Positions 1 through 10,257 of a DNA stretch of 48,490 bases are shown in pieces; position 1 is the stretch's first letter, and each line of letters starts with the position of its first letter. The notes under the pieces are model-generated. The model was not told the DNA's origin and ran no database searches. It saw nothing but the letters and a program-made list of their open reading frames with translations. This DNA comes from Collinsella sp. 60_9. Its GTDB lineage: Bacteria; Actinomycetota; Coriobacteriia; Coriobacteriales; Coriobacteriaceae. The stretch spans positions 2,440-50,929 of the forward strand of contig MNQC01000103.1 in NCBI GenBank assembly GCA_001915225.1, written 5' to 3'. The translations under genes were made by a program, and so were the position numbers.

Positions 1-1317
1 GGAAATGAGCATGCCGACCATAGCCCAAGCGAAGTTCATGGGGTCGGAACTCACGAAAGCCGGGAACGTAGTGACGGAACCGAAGGTGAACGCAGTGGTG
101 ACGACCTTCATGATACCGAGGAACGCGCCGCCGACGGCACCGCCGATGATCTGCGCAAGCCAGACCTTCTTGTTCTTCACGAGCATACCGAACAGCGTGG
201 GCTCGATGATGGCGGACAGGGCGATCGATACGACACCGGTCATCGCGAAGCTCTTGAGCTTCTGGTCGCGGGCCTTGAGGAACACGCCGAAGGCGCAGCC
301 GATAACGGCGAAGTTGCAGGCGAAGGTGAAGGGGCAGATGTAGTCGAAGCCGTTCTGAGCGATGTTGTTGATCATGATGGGGTTCACGGCCCAGTGGATG
401 CCCATGGACACCAGCACGGACCAGCCGCCGCCAACCAGCACGCCGGCGAACACGGAGCTGCGCTCGATCAGCCAGTTGACCACGAAGGCGATGGCCTCAC
501 CAGCGTAGACGCCCAGGGGACCGATGACGAGCATGGTGAGCGGAACCATAACGATCAGGGAGATGGCGGGCAGCACGACGAGCTTGAGCATCTCGGAAAC
601 GTGCTCATCGAGCCACTTGTACAGGTACGAGTAGACCCAGACAGACAAGATGGCAGGGATAACCGTGGAGTTGTAGTTCATGAGAACCACGGGGATGCCG
701 AAGAAGTCCGTCATGGCGCCGTTGCCCGCGTCGCCCATGAGGGCGATGAAGTCCGGGTAGAGCAGGCACGCGCCGAGCAGCGCCGACAGGTACGGGCTCG
801 CGCCGAAGCGCTTGCCGGCGGAGAAGCCGAGCAGCACGGGCAGGAAGTAGAACACGCTCATGGCCAGGGTGTACAGGATGGTGTAGGTACCCGTGCCCTC
901 AGCGATGATGCCGAGCTGGGCGGCCAGGATAACGAAGCCGCGCAGGATACCGGAGCCGGCCATGGCGGGCAGCAGCGGGGCAAAGATGCCGGAGATCGCG
1001 GAGAAGACTTGGCTGACGATGCTCTCGCCCTCGTCCTTGGTAGCAGCGGAGATTTCCACGCCCGAACCCTTGACCAGCGGCTCAAACTTCTCGTACAGCT
1101 TCGGGACCTCAGTGCCGATGAGAACCTGGTACTGACCGGCCTTGTTCAGCGTGTTCACAACGCCTTCGACTTCCTTGACCGCAGCGTCGTCGCAAGCCGC
1201 GTCGTCTTTGAGATTGAGGCGCAGGCGCGTCGCGCAGTGCGTCATGCCCGAGATGTTCTCGGGACCACCGACGGCGTCCAGAATCCCCTGAGCCATCGCG
1301 TTCCAGTCGCGTTTCAT
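1..1317 (-). CDS. PTS beta-glucoside/sucrose-family EIIBC (3' end runs off the window)
   Basis: Manual translation from ATG at 1317 (RBS GGGGAGG): MKRDWNAMAQGILDAVGGPENISGMTHCATRLRL... with the EIIB HCATRLR motif, then EIIC hydrophobic segments (GIFAPLLPAMAGSGIL). Absent from the ORF track because it has no stop in the window. Confidence 0.92.
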   Translation of the reverse strand, partial: MKRDWNAMAQGILDAVGGPENISGMTHCATRLRLNLKDDAACDDAAVKEVEGVVNTLNKAGQYQVLIGTEVPKLYEKFEPLVKGSGVEISAATKDEGESIVSQVFSAISGIFAPLLPAMAGSGILRGFVILAAQLGIIAEGTGTYTILYTLAMSVFYFLPVLLGFSAGKRFGASPYLSALLGACLLYPDFIALMGDAGNGAMTDFFGIPVVLMNYNSTVIPAILSVWVYSYLYKWLDEHVSEMLKLVVLPAISLIVMVPLTMLVIGPLGVYAGEAIAFVVNWLIERSSVFAGVLVGGGWSVLVSMGIHWAVNPIMINNIAQNGFDYICPFTFACNFAVIGCAFGVFLKARDQKLKSFAMTGVVSIALSAIIEPTLFGMLVKNKKVWLAQIIGGAVGGAFLGIMKVVTTAFTFGSVTTFPAFVSSDPMNFAWAMVGMLIS

Positions 1318-1320
1318 TGG

Positions 1321-2259
1321 TTACCTCCCCATTGCGCAGAAGAGCTCGCGGACAAGCTCGGCTGCCTTAATCGCGTCGTTTGCATCGATAACGGATTGGA
1401 TCTTCTCCATGCTTACGGCCTCGATGGCGTCGTTGAGCAGATGGATCATCTGGTCGTTCTGTGCAGCCTCGCCGGCAGCGGGCTCGATGACCGGGAACGT
1501 GTCGAAGTAGATTGCGCTGTCATAACCGTGCTTCTTCACGTAGTAGAGGAACTCGAGGGTCTTCACCGGCGTGGACGTACCAATCATAAGGCCATCGTCG
1601 AAGCGACCGTTGCCGTCGTTTAGGTGAATGCCGTAGAGCTTGCCCTCGCGGCCGAACAGGTCGGCGGCCATGGCAGGGTTCTCGTGCTTCATGAGCATGT
1701 GGCAGTAATCCAGCGTGACGCCCAGGTTCGGGCGGTCTGCAGCGTTGAGAATCATGCCGGTCATACCCATGGAGTCGATGAACGCGTACGCGCGCTCCTC
1801 GTAGGGTTTGTACTCAATCGAGATCTTGAGGTCGGGCGCGTAGTCGCAAACCTTCTGGAATGCGGCTACGAGCTGGTCGAAGACGCGAGCGTAGGCGATC
1901 TGGAAGCTGTAGTCAAAGCCGTCGTGGCCGAGCCAGATGGTCACCGTGTTGCCACCGGCAGTGCGGCAGTAGTCGCACGCCTCGTAGCAGAGCTCAAGGG
2001 CTTCCGCGGCAAGGGCATCATCGGCATTGCCCAGGTCACCGTTGAGGAAGGCGTTGCGGAAGCGCAGCGCGCAGCCGTTCAGCTGCAGGTCGTGAGCTGC
2101 GAGCTTGGCGGCCATGTCCTCAGCCGTGACACCTGTGCAGTGCTCGGGGTAGTTGAGGTCGACGTGCGTGAGGCCCACGCTCTGGAACTCCGCGAACACG
2201 CGATCAAGATTCTTGTCGCCATCGCGAAAATAGGAGTTGATACGAGTTGCAAGCTTCAT
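1321..2259 (-). CDS. Xylose isomerase-like TIM-barrel sugar (phosphate) isomerase/epimerase
   Basis: Start MKLATRINSY after an AAAGGA RBS; metal-ligand motifs EYKPYE, LDYCH, IHLNDG..FDDGL, YFDTFP. Confidence 0.85.
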   Translation of the reverse strand: MKLATRINSYFRDGDKNLDRVFAEFQSVGLTHVDLNYPEHCTGVTAEDMAAKLAAHDLQLNGCALRFRNAFLNGDLGNADDALAAEALELCYEACDYCRTAGGNTVTIWLGHDGFDYSFQIAYARVFDQLVAAFQKVCDYAPDLKISIEYKPYEERAYAFIDSMGMTGMILNAADRPNLGVTLDYCHMLMKHENPAMAADLFGREGKLYGIHLNDGNGRFDDGLMIGTSTPVKTLEFLYYVKKHGYDSAIYFDTFPVIEPAAGEAAQNDQMIHLLNDAIEAVSMEKIQSVIDANDAIKAAELVRELFCAMGR

Positions 2260-2691
2260 GCTTCTACGTCCTTTACCTTCGTCCTTGATCGTTTCTGCCC
2301 GTTCGAGCACCTGATCTATATCCGTAATTCGATAAGGGCCGCCGCCTGCGCGCCGGGGCTTACCCTGTGACATGTAGATTACTGCCACATAAGTTCATTT
2401 TCAATCAGTATTTTTCACTCTTTTTCTCATTGTGTCAGAGTTTTTCACCGTATAAAGCCATCTACCTTGTGGTATTGCTGTTAATCAAGTTTGACCATTC
2501 TTGAAATTACCTGATTTTTTCTGAATTAATTTGCCGTTTATCGGTAAAAATCGACCGCTCACGGCTGACGGCGACGCAAGATGGAAGATACTTGCATGAG
2601 GAAAAGCACTGAATTCCCAGCGCCGATTCGAATGACGCGATTGGTGACGCGAGCGTCGACGGCCCGAATCTGCCGTCGGCCCCCACTAACC

Positions 2692-2719
2692 AAAAACGGC
2701 GCCGCTCACGCGACGCCGT
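2692..2719 (-). terminator. Intrinsic terminator downstream of tRNA-Arg
   Basis: Minus strand ACGGCGTCGC-GTGA-GCGGCGCCG followed by TTTTT. Confidence 0.65.
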
Positions 2720-2728
2720 CATATTCCC

Positions 2729-2804
2729 TGGTGCCCCCGGGCGGATTCGAACCGTCGACACCCGCTTTAGGAGAGCGGTGCTCTATCCCCTGAGCTACGG
2801 AGGC
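2729..2804 (-). tRNA. tRNA-Arg(CCT)
   Basis: GCCTCCGTAGCTCAGGGGATAGAGCACCGCTCTCCTAAAGCGGGTGTCGACGGTTCGAATCCGCCCGGGGGCACCA: 76-nt cloverleaf, anticodon arm CCGCT-CT CCT AA-AGCGG, GTTCGAATC T-arm, encoded CCA. Confidence 0.97.
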
Positions 2805-2907
2805 ATGTTGTACTAGTGTAGCAGATTTGCCCCTTGGCCATGTAGCGCATGGCCACTCATCAAGAAGGCTCTGCAGCGAATTATCGCCGTAGAGCCTTCT
2901 CAATAAC

Positions 2908-3079
2908 GGAAAATTATAACCCAGAATAACGCAAAATAATGGGATGGGGTTTCCTCTAACCACATGTAAGGGAAATTCCATCCCGGTATTCGGCTAAAAA
3001 ATGGGACAAGCTTTCCCAACTGGCGCTCAAAAGGAAAATGCATCCCGGAATGAGAACGAATTCCGGGATGCATTTTCCG
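2908..3079. repeat. 172-bp three-hairpin element, copy 1
   Basis: Three 48-bp modules (GGAAA-N5-(T/A)CCC...GGG(A/T)-N5-TTTCC) starting at 2908, 2970, 3032; period 62. Confidence 0.8.
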
Positions 3080-3096
3080 CCATCTATCGCAGACGA

Positions 3097-3495
3097 CTAG
3101 TCGCCTTTGTGAAAGAGGCTTTTGATGGCAGCAGGGATGCTCTTGGCGCCCTTGGTCGTTACGTCGATAAAGTCGGGCGAACGCACGAGTCTATCCTCGT
3201 CCACGTACTTGCGCACAGCGCGCAGCGTCTCTTTGTCGTCGCGCGTCGAAAACGTAAAGTGACCGTTGTCCTTGGTGAAGATGGCAAAACGCGTAATCTT
3301 CTTGGTGCCGCGCAAGACCTCGGCGGCAATATAGTCGACCTCGTCCCACGGGATTTGAATATAATCCTCGGGATTGCGCTCGTTATAGTACTCAAACGCC
3401 TTATTGCCCACCATCACGTTACCGTGGCTGGTAAGCCCCATCAGGCAGGTTGCCGGCGTTGCCAGATCGACCGTGCTGTTCTGAGATTGCGCCAT
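3097..3495 (-). CDS. DUF956 family protein (ManO-like, mannose PTS associated)
   Basis: MAQSQNSTVDL...GNVMVGNKAFEYYNERNPEDYIQIPWDEVD, immediately downstream of the mannose-family IID gene. Confidence 0.85.
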   Translation of the reverse strand: MAQSQNSTVDLATPATCLMGLTSHGNVMVGNKAFEYYNERNPEDYIQIPWDEVDYIAAEVLRGTKKITRFAIFTKDNGHFTFSTRDDKETLRAVRKYVDEDRLVRSPDFIDVTTKGAKSIPAAIKSLFHKGD

Positions 3496-3514
3496 ACGCG
3501 CCTCGCCCTCCAAT

Positions 3515-3559
3515 AAAAACAATCGGACCGCATCCAGTGTACCCACCGGGTGCGGTCCG
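3515..3559 (-). terminator. Hairpin/terminator between manZ and DUF956
   Basis: Minus strand CGGACCGCACCC...GGATGCGGTCCG followed by ATTGTTTTT. Confidence 0.55.
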
Positions 3560-3615
3560 TTTCAATGGCTCAAAAGCCCTTGCCTAGCAATTCTCGGTCT
3601 TAAGCCGAAGCGTGC

Positions 3616-4536
3616 TTACATGAAGCCGCAGAAGCGACCGATGATGCCGACGGCGAAGAGAGCCAGGATGATGACGATCGGGCTGACCTTCTTCTTGAGG
3701 AGCTTGCAGACCAGCAGGGTCAGGCACACGGCGGCAAGGCCGGGGATGAGCTGATCGAGGTTGGCCTGAAGCGTGGTGACCTTCATCTGATCAAGGGCGG
3801 TAGCACCGACGGAGTTGTACATCGTCAGCGCTTCCTTGATACCCTCGGAGCCGGAGGGCAGGCTAGCCCAGTCGATAAAGGCGCCAGCAGACTGCTTGAC
3901 CGTGGAGACGATCGGGGGGAAGGAAATGGACACCCAGCGCTCGACCAGGGCGCCGATGATGAACATACCCAGGATGGAAGCGCCCTCGGTGACCTTGCCC
4001 ATCAGACCACCGGAGAGGTCCTTGGCGATGGAGGAGCCGACCTTGTAGCCAAACTCCTGCGTGTACCACAGGAAAGCGTAACGGATGATGTTCCACGCGA
4101 AGAAGAACAGCAGCGGACCGACGATGCTGCCGGACATGGCCAGGGAAGCGCCCAGAGCGCCCAGAATCGGGCGAAGGGTGAACCAGAAGACGGGGTCACC
4201 GACGCCGGCGAGCGGGCCCATCATACCGACCTTGACGCCCTGGATGGCGACATCATCGATCGGAGCACCGTTGGCGCGCTCCTCCTCGAGGGCGAGGGTA
4301 ACGCCAATGACGGGGGCGGAAACATAGGGGTGGGTGTTATAGAACTCCAGGTGGCGCTTAAGAGCGGCAATCTGGTCATCCTTGCTGGTGTAGAGCTTCT
4401 TGATCGCAGGGATCATTGCGAAGCACCAGCCGCCGTTCTGCATACGCTCGTAGTTCCACGAGCCCTGAAGGAACTGATGACGGAAGCAAACCTTCTTGCG
4501 GTCAGCCTTGGTGAGCTGAATCTTGTTCTCTGCCAT
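3616..4536 (-). CDS. manZ: PTS mannose-family EIID
   Basis: QGSWNYERMQNGGW, HLEFYNTHP, KVGMMGPLAGVGDP motifs. Confidence 0.95.
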   Translation of the reverse strand: MAENKIQLTKADRKKVCFRHQFLQGSWNYERMQNGGWCFAMIPAIKKLYTSKDDQIAALKRHLEFYNTHPYVSAPVIGVTLALEEERANGAPIDDVAIQGVKVGMMGPLAGVGDPVFWFTLRPILGALGASLAMSGSIVGPLLFFFAWNIIRYAFLWYTQEFGYKVGSSIAKDLSGGLMGKVTEGASILGMFIIGALVERWVSISFPPIVSTVKQSAGAFIDWASLPSGSEGIKEALTMYNSVGATALDQMKVTTLQANLDQLIPGLAAVCLTLLVCKLLKKKVSPIVIILALFAVGIIGRFCGFM

Positions 4537-4552
4537 ATGTATCACTCCCCTC

Positions 4553-5321
4553 CTACTCGTAATCGTTCAGAATGTCGCCGAGCGGGTCGCCGGAGCCACC
4601 GCCCATGCCGCCACCCTGCTTGGCCAGATCCTTAAGGCCAAGGTAGATGAGGGCAAGGGAGATGCCGATGAGACCAAGGGCGATCAGCGTGAGCTGAGGG
4701 ATGGCAGCAAGGACAAAGCCGAGGACGAAGAACGGCCAGGTCTCCTTGGTGGCCATCATGTTGATGACCATGGCGTAACCGACGGAAGCGACCATGCCGC
4801 CGCCGACAGCCATGCCGCCGGACAGCCAGTCGGGCATAGCGTTAAGCGCGTTGGTAACGGCCTCGGCCGGGATGACGCACAGAAGCACTGCCGGGATGGC
4901 GATACGAAGGCCCTGCATGAGGATGGCAGCATACTGCCAGCGCTCGATGCCGGAGAAGTCGCCCTTCTCGGCGCAACCGTCCATGGCGTGAGCGATAGCG
5001 GTAGCAATGGTACGGCAGATCATGGTCAGGAACAGACCAGCGACCGACAGTGGGACGGCGACGGCGATAGCGGTGGTAACGGCCTTGGCCGAATCGGGCC
5101 AGAGCGGCGTCAGGCGCGACAGCGGCGCCGACGTTAGCCCAGCCAAGGGCCATCATCTGGAGCGAACCGCCCAGGAGGATGCCCTCCTGAAGGTGACCGG
5201 TTACGAGACCGATAAGCGTGCATGCCACGAGCGGCTGATGGAACTGGAACTCATCCAGAATGCCTTCCATACCGGCAAGCAACGCGACAATCGCAACAAG
5301 CAGAATAGTGATTGCAGACAT
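4553..5321 (-). CDS. manY: PTS mannose-family EIIC, frame broken near 5097 (probable assembly deletion)
   Basis: N-half MSAIT...ILDEFQFHQPLVACTLIG...WANVGAAVAPDAALA; C-half DSAKAVTTAIAVAVP...GGMVASVGYAMVINMM in another frame; the usual segment after APDAALA is missing. Confidence 0.88.
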
Positions 5322-5339
5322 GTATCGGACCCTCCTTTA

Positions 5340-6329
5340 CTATGCTTGAGCGGCCAGTTCGGCCTTAGCTTTCTTCAACATGGCGTCGAGATCCTCGGAG
5401 GAATCCGAAGGAACCTTGCGGACCTCGAACTTGACGCCCTTGGCCTTGAGGGCCTCGAGAGTCTTAACGTCATCATCGCCCATAGCGACGGCGTTGGTGA
5501 CGACGACCTTGCCCTTGGAGTGAGCCATGGAACCGATGTTGACTTCCTTGATGTCGACACCGGCCTCGATGGCCTTGAGCAGATCCTGCGGGTTCTCAAA
5601 GAGCAGCATGGCCTTGGTGTCACCAAAGCGCGTGTCCTTGACGACCTCGGCCATCTTCTTGATGGGCACGACGTTGGCATGGACTCCCGGAGGGGCAGCC
5701 TGCTCGATCATGGTCTTGCGGAGCTCGTCGTGAGCAACGCCGTCGGAAACCACGATGATGCGGTTGGGGTTGATCTGCTTGGTCCACGTGGTGGCCACCT
5801 GACCATGAAGCAGACGGGTGTCGATACGGACGTGGGCGATCTTGATGTGCCCATCGCCGATGACCGTTCCCGGAGGGATGGCGCCTGCAGGAGCAGCGGC
5901 GGCCGCAGCCGGCTTCTTCTCTTCGGGCTCCAGAGACTCGGGCTTGACACGCACGCCAGCCTTAGCCTCAGTCACGAGATGTTTTGCGATCGCATGTGCA
6001 GTGTTCTTTGCGTCAAAGCGCTGCGAATATGCCTCGATGAGCATAGGCAGGTTGACACCGGTGACGATAGCCCAGGAATCGTGGCCCTCGATGAGCCCGC
6101 TGATCTGGTTGAACGGCGTGCCGCCCCACAGATCAACGAGGAAGAGCACCTGCTCCTGGTCCTCGAAGGAAGCGACTGCTTCCTCGACCTTGGCACGGAA
6201 GTCGTCGGGGCCCATGCTCGGCTCGAGCGAGACCACGGCAACAGACGGCTGATCGCCAAAGACCATCGAGCCCGTCTGCTTGATTCCAGCTGCCAAGTCC
6301 CCGTGGCTAGCAAGAACAATACTTACCAT
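5340..6329 (-). CDS. manX: PTS mannose-family EIIAB
   Basis: IVLASHG, VDLWGGTPFN (IIA), Ala-Pro linker, RIDTRLLHGQV (IIB); RBS AGGAGG (alternative GTG start at 6332). Confidence 0.95.
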   Translation of the reverse strand: MVSIVLASHGDLAAGIKQTGSMVFGDQPSVAVVSLEPSMGPDDFRAKVEEAVASFEDQEQVLFLVDLWGGTPFNQISGLIEGHDSWAIVTGVNLPMLIEAYSQRFDAKNTAHAIAKHLVTEAKAGVRVKPESLEPEEKKPAAAAAAPAGAIPPGTVIGDGHIKIAHVRIDTRLLHGQVATTWTKQINPNRIIVVSDGVAHDELRKTMIEQAAPPGVHANVVPIKKMAEVVKDTRFGDTKAMLLFENPQDLLKAIEAGVDIKEVNIGSMAHSKGKVVVTNAVAMGDDDVKTLEALKAKGVKFEVRKVPSDSSEDLDAMLKKAKAELAAQA

Positions 6330-6666
6330 CACATAACCTCCTTTTTGTCTACGTATTTCCTACACGACATTAAGGAAGTATACCTGTTTGGTTTGTGGAA
6401 TTATAGCTAAATTCGCAAAAGGTTGGTTTATTTGTTTAAACGTCTAGGTTTGTTACAAGTTGATTACGTTGCCGGTTTACAGCTTATTGCCTGCTAAAAC
6501 GTGATTTGCTGATTGCTTTCAAAGACATATAAAGGTGCACTGTTCGTTAAGACCACTTTTAGGTGGATCCCAATGCGCCTGCGTGCCGCCATTTTGTTTA
6601 AACAGACATGACTTGACTAACCGAAGCAAATATGTTTAGAACTCTAGCCCATGTAGTCATTGGATG

Positions 6667-7095
6667 TTAGGCGATGTGGAGTGGGTTGGCGGCGTCGACG
6701 GCATCGGGGGCGTCGGAGGGGTCATCGGGAACAGTGTCTGCCGGGTCCTCGTCGGGGGTCTCGATCTGTTTGATCATGACCTCTTGGCCCTGCAGCAAAT
6801 AGGTCTCGCCGCTACCGCAATGGGGACAGGTCTTGCCGTGCTCGACTGTCGAATAGTCGCGGCCGCACGCCTCGCAATGTGTCACGGCCTCAACGGGCTC
6901 CACGATAAGCTCTGCACCCTCGGTGATGGGCTTTTTATCTGCCGCCCAGCGCCAAGCGTCGAGTAGCAAGTCGGGAACGACGCCCGAGACCTCGCCCAGC
7001 AGCAGCGTGACGCTCGAAACGCGACGCACGCCATTGGCGCGCGCCACGTTCTCGACATCGCGAATGATGTGATAGACGATCCCCAGCTCGTGCAC
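6667..7095 (-). CDS. hypA: Hydrogenase maturation nickel metallochaperone HypA
   Basis: MHELGI N-terminus, GEVSGV, CEAC and CPHC zinc motifs; GTG start after GGAAGGA. Confidence 0.92.
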   Translation of the reverse strand: MHELGIVYHIIRDVENVARANGVRRVSSVTLLLGEVSGVVPDLLLDAWRWAADKKPITEGAELIVEPVEAVTHCEACGRDYSTVEHGKTCPHCGSGETYLLQGQEVMIKQIETPDEDPADTVPDDPSDAPDAVDAANPLHIA

Positions 7096-7107
7096 TTTTA
7101 ATTCCTT

Positions 7108-7270
7108 CCGCCGTTCTAACGAACGGCGGTCGGCTTGACGCTGCGCGAGTCCCAGACGGGCGATCTGCCTTTCAATCGTCGGGCATGGGCAAAAGCCCTA
7201 TGCCCTCCTCTTTCAAGGCACCTCGCCACGCCTGGGACCCGCTCGCTGTCCAACCGCCCTCTGCGCCGTT
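7108..7270 (-). repeat. Dispersed structured repeat, copy A
   Basis: Reverse complement contains GGACAGCGAGCG...GAGGTG-CCTT-GAAA...TTGA-AAGG-CAGATCG...GCAGCGTC plus a terminal hairpin, as in copies B-E. Confidence 0.8.
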
Positions 7271-7280
7271 CACTTACTTG

Positions 7281-10067
7281 TTAGGTCTCTTGCTTCTTCC
7301 CAAATTTGATCTTAATTGCACGCTTCAATGCGTACTTGCCCAGGCTTGGGAGCTTTTGCTCGTATTTGACCATCGTGGAGCACTCGGGGCGGTCGCGATC
7401 CAGATGGATGGCGTCAAACGCGCACTTGGTGGTGCACAGGCCGCAGCCGATGCACTTGTTGGGGTCGACGATCGAGGCGCCGCAGCCCAAGCAGCGGGCG
7501 GTCTCGGCGCGCACCTGCTCCTCGGTAAAGGTCTCAACATACTCGCTAAACGGCGCAGCCTTCTCGCGTTCGCGGTCCACGTGGGCAACCTCGCGGCTCG
7601 CGTTGTCGTAGCTTTCGATCACGACATCGTCGCGGTCGAGCGCGGTGTAGCGGCGCTGGTTGCGGCCGATGGTGAGCGTGGAGCCCGGCTGCACAAAGCG
7701 ATGGATGGACACCGCGGCCTCGTGACCGGCGGCGATAGCGTCGATGGCAAAGCTGGGACCAGTGTAGACGTCACCACCCACAAAGATGTCGGGTTCGGCG
7801 GTCTGGTAGGTCTGGGGATCGGCAAGGGCACCCTGACCGCGGCCAAGCTCCACCTGGGAACCAGCTAGCAGGTCGCCCCACACAATGGACTGGCCAATCG
7901 ACATGACGATACGGTCGGCATCGACACGGCGCAGATCGTTCTCGTCGTACTCGGGCGCAAACCGGCCCTCGTCGTCAAAGACACGCGTGCAGCGCTTGAA
8001 GGTGATACCGCACACGCGACCGACCTCGTCCAGGTGAACCTCCTTGGGGCCCCAGCCGCAGCTGATGTGAGCGCCGTCCTCAACGGCCTCGCGACGCTCC
8101 TCCTCGCTGGCGGGCATCTGGGCCTCGCCCTCCAGACAGAACATCTCAACATGCTCAGAGCCCAGACGGCAGGCGTTGCGGGCAACGTCGATGGCCACGT
8201 TGCCGCCGCCCACCACAATGGTGCGGCCGGACAGGGTATCGATCTTGCCGCTGTTAACCTCGCGAAGGAAGTCGACGGCCACGGTCACGTCCTCGGCATC
8301 CTCGCCCGGAATGCCGGCAAGGCGGCCGCCCTGGCAGCCAATGGCAACGTAGAAGGCCTTGAAGCCCTGCGCGCGCAGCTCGTCGAGCGTCACGTCGCGA
8401 CCGACCTCCACGCCATAGCGGAACTCGGCACCCATCAGGCGAATGATCTCGACCTCGGCCTCGATAACATCCTTCTGCAGCTTAAAGCTGGGAATGCCAT
8501 AGGTGAGCATGCCACCCGGGCGCTCGTTCTTCTCGAACACGACGGGCTTGTAGCCCTTCTCGGCCAGATAGAAGGCGCAGGACAGGCCGGCCGGACCGGC
8601 ACCGATGATGGCGATCTTCTGATCAAAGCCGCCAGCGCGCGTCGGCGTAACCACGGGCGGGACGTAGCGGGTCGCGGCATCCAGATCGCGCTGGGCGATG
8701 AACTTCTTGACCTCGTCGATAGCCACGGCGGCATCCACACGGCCGCGGGTGCAGGCATCCTCACAGCGGCGGTTGCACACACGGCCGCAGATAGCGGGCA
8801 GCGGGTTCTCGCGCTTAATGAGTGCTAGGGCCTCGTCATAGCGACCCTGAGCCGCGAGCTTCAAATAGCCCTGAACGGCAACGTGCGCGGGGCAGGCCGT
8901 CTTGCAGGGAGCGGTGCCGGACTCATGCGTCTCGATACGGTTGTCGTTGCGGTAGTTGGGCGACCACTTGGTGTGATCCCATTTGGTGGCGTCGGGCAGC
9001 TCCTGGCGCGGATACTCGGGCACCTGTCCGCCGGCCTTTTTGCTGCAGAGCTTCTGGCCGAGCTTGGCGGCGCCGGCCGGGCACACCTCAACGCAGCGAC
9101 CGCAGGCAACGCACTTGTCCTTCTCGACCTTGGCGACATAGGCCGAGCGCGACAGGTTGGGCGTGTTGAACAGCTGCGAGGTGCGCAGGGCGTAGCACAC
9201 GTTGACGTTGCAGTTGCAGATGGCGAAGATCTTGTTCTCGCCGTCGATATTGGTGATCTGGTGCACAAAGCCGTTGTCCTCGGCCTGGCGCAGGATGTCG
9301 TAAACCTCGTCGCGGGTCACGTAATGGCCACGATCGGTCTCAACCACGTAGTCGGCCATATCGCCCACGGCGATGCACCAATCGGCCGGGTCGTCGGCGC
9401 AGCCCTCACCCATCACGCGACGGCTCGCGCGGCAGCTGCAGGTGCTAGCGGCATATTTGCCATCGTATTTGTCGAGCCAATGCTCGATATGCTCAATCGG
9501 TACCGAGGTGCTCGCGGCGTCGATAGCCTTCTCGACCGGAATGACATGCATGCCGATACCGGCGCCTCCGGGCGGCACCATCGGCGTGGCCTTCGACAGC
9601 GGTCCCTTGGACGCCTGCTCAAAGAACTTGGCATAGACCGGATGCTCCTCGAGCTGGCTCGCGCGCATGTTGAGGAACTCGGCGGAACCCGGCACCAGCA
9701 TGGGCAGCACCCACTGCTTGGCGCGCTCGGGGTTTTCCCAGTTGTACTCGAGCAGACCCGTGTAGCTCATGTCGTCGAGCATCTTCTCGATATCGGCTTC
9801 GGGCATGCCGGTGAGCTTGACCATCTCGGGCAGCGTATAGGGACGGCGCATCTTCATCTTGCAGAGCACTTCGGCCTGCTCGTCGGTTGCGGCCTCGGCA
9901 AACGACCAGTACTCGTAGCCCAGCAGCTCATCGCGATGCAGCAGACGGTTGGTGCAGTGCTCGCACAGTTTGACGATGGCCTCGCGCGGATGCTCCGGTA
10001 TCGGCGGCACGAACTCCGCGCCGATATCGGGCTCGGTATAGCTAATCCCCGGTCCGTTGAGAATCAT
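7281..10067 (-). CDS. Large FAD/NAD(P)-dependent oxidoreductase with multiple 4Fe-4S domains (GltD/NfnB-like core)
   Basis: Start MILNGPG after AGAAGGGA; CVACGRCVEVCP and CIGCGLCTTKC ferredoxin motifs, APCKTACP/CGRVCNRRCE, GAGPAG, GGGNVAID, RCLGC; about 928 aa. Confidence 0.9.
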   Translation of the reverse strand: MILNGPGISYTEPDIGAEFVPPIPEHPREAIVKLCEHCTNRLLHRDELLGYEYWSFAEAATDEQAEVLCKMKMRRPYTLPEMVKLTGMPEADIEKMLDDMSYTGLLEYNWENPERAKQWVLPMLVPGSAEFLNMRASQLEEHPVYAKFFEQASKGPLSKATPMVPPGGAGIGMHVIPVEKAIDAASTSVPIEHIEHWLDKYDGKYAASTCSCRASRRVMGEGCADDPADWCIAVGDMADYVVETDRGHYVTRDEVYDILRQAEDNGFVHQITNIDGENKIFAICNCNVNVCYALRTSQLFNTPNLSRSAYVAKVEKDKCVACGRCVEVCPAGAAKLGQKLCSKKAGGQVPEYPRQELPDATKWDHTKWSPNYRNDNRIETHESGTAPCKTACPAHVAVQGYLKLAAQGRYDEALALIKRENPLPAICGRVCNRRCEDACTRGRVDAAVAIDEVKKFIAQRDLDAATRYVPPVVTPTRAGGFDQKIAIIGAGPAGLSCAFYLAEKGYKPVVFEKNERPGGMLTYGIPSFKLQKDVIEAEVEIIRLMGAEFRYGVEVGRDVTLDELRAQGFKAFYVAIGCQGGRLAGIPGEDAEDVTVAVDFLREVNSGKIDTLSGRTIVVGGGNVAIDVARNACRLGSEHVEMFCLEGEAQMPASEEERREAVEDGAHISCGWGPKEVHLDEVGRVCGITFKRCTRVFDDEGRFAPEYDENDLRRVDADRIVMSIGQSIVWGDLLAGSQVELGRGQGALADPQTYQTAEPDIFVGGDVYTGPSFAIDAIAAGHEAAVSIHRFVQPGSTLTIGRNQRRYTALDRDDVVIESYDNASREVAHVDREREKAAPFSEYVETFTEEQVRAETARCLGCGASIVDPNKCIGCGLCTTKCAFDAIHLDRDRPECSTMVKYEQKLPSLGKYALKRAIKIKFGKKQET

Positions 10068-10160
10068 GGTTGTCCCTTCTCTTGCCACAGCCCCGCGAGA
10101 CCGCGGCGCCCCTCTTTTTTTGCAGGCCGGGCAAGCCCTATGCCGTGAACCCGCCATTAG

Positions 10161-10198
10161 TTGACATTGTGTCAAAAATAGTATTGACGAACCGTCAA
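10161..10198. promoter_or_regulatory. Two TTGAC-N5-GTCAA palindromes, probable TetR operators in the divergent promoter
   Basis: TTGACATTGTGTCAA (10161-10175) and TTGACGAACCGTCAA (10184-10198) between divergent oxidoreductase and tetR. Confidence 0.7.
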
Positions 10199-10257
10199 CA
10201 ATATTCAAGACTGTTAGGCGAACGGTCAGGCAAAAGAGGATGAAAGGCGGCAAACGC

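Noticed and set aside
1..2728. Genomic island integrated at the tRNA-Arg 3' end
   Set aside because: The tRNA is followed by an ordinary terminator; no integrase or duplicated tRNA end is visible in the window.
10129..10144. GGGCAAGCCCTATGCC resembling 7187-7204 as a direct repeat around the oxidoreductase
   Set aside because: Short, gapped match in GC-rich DNA; could be chance.
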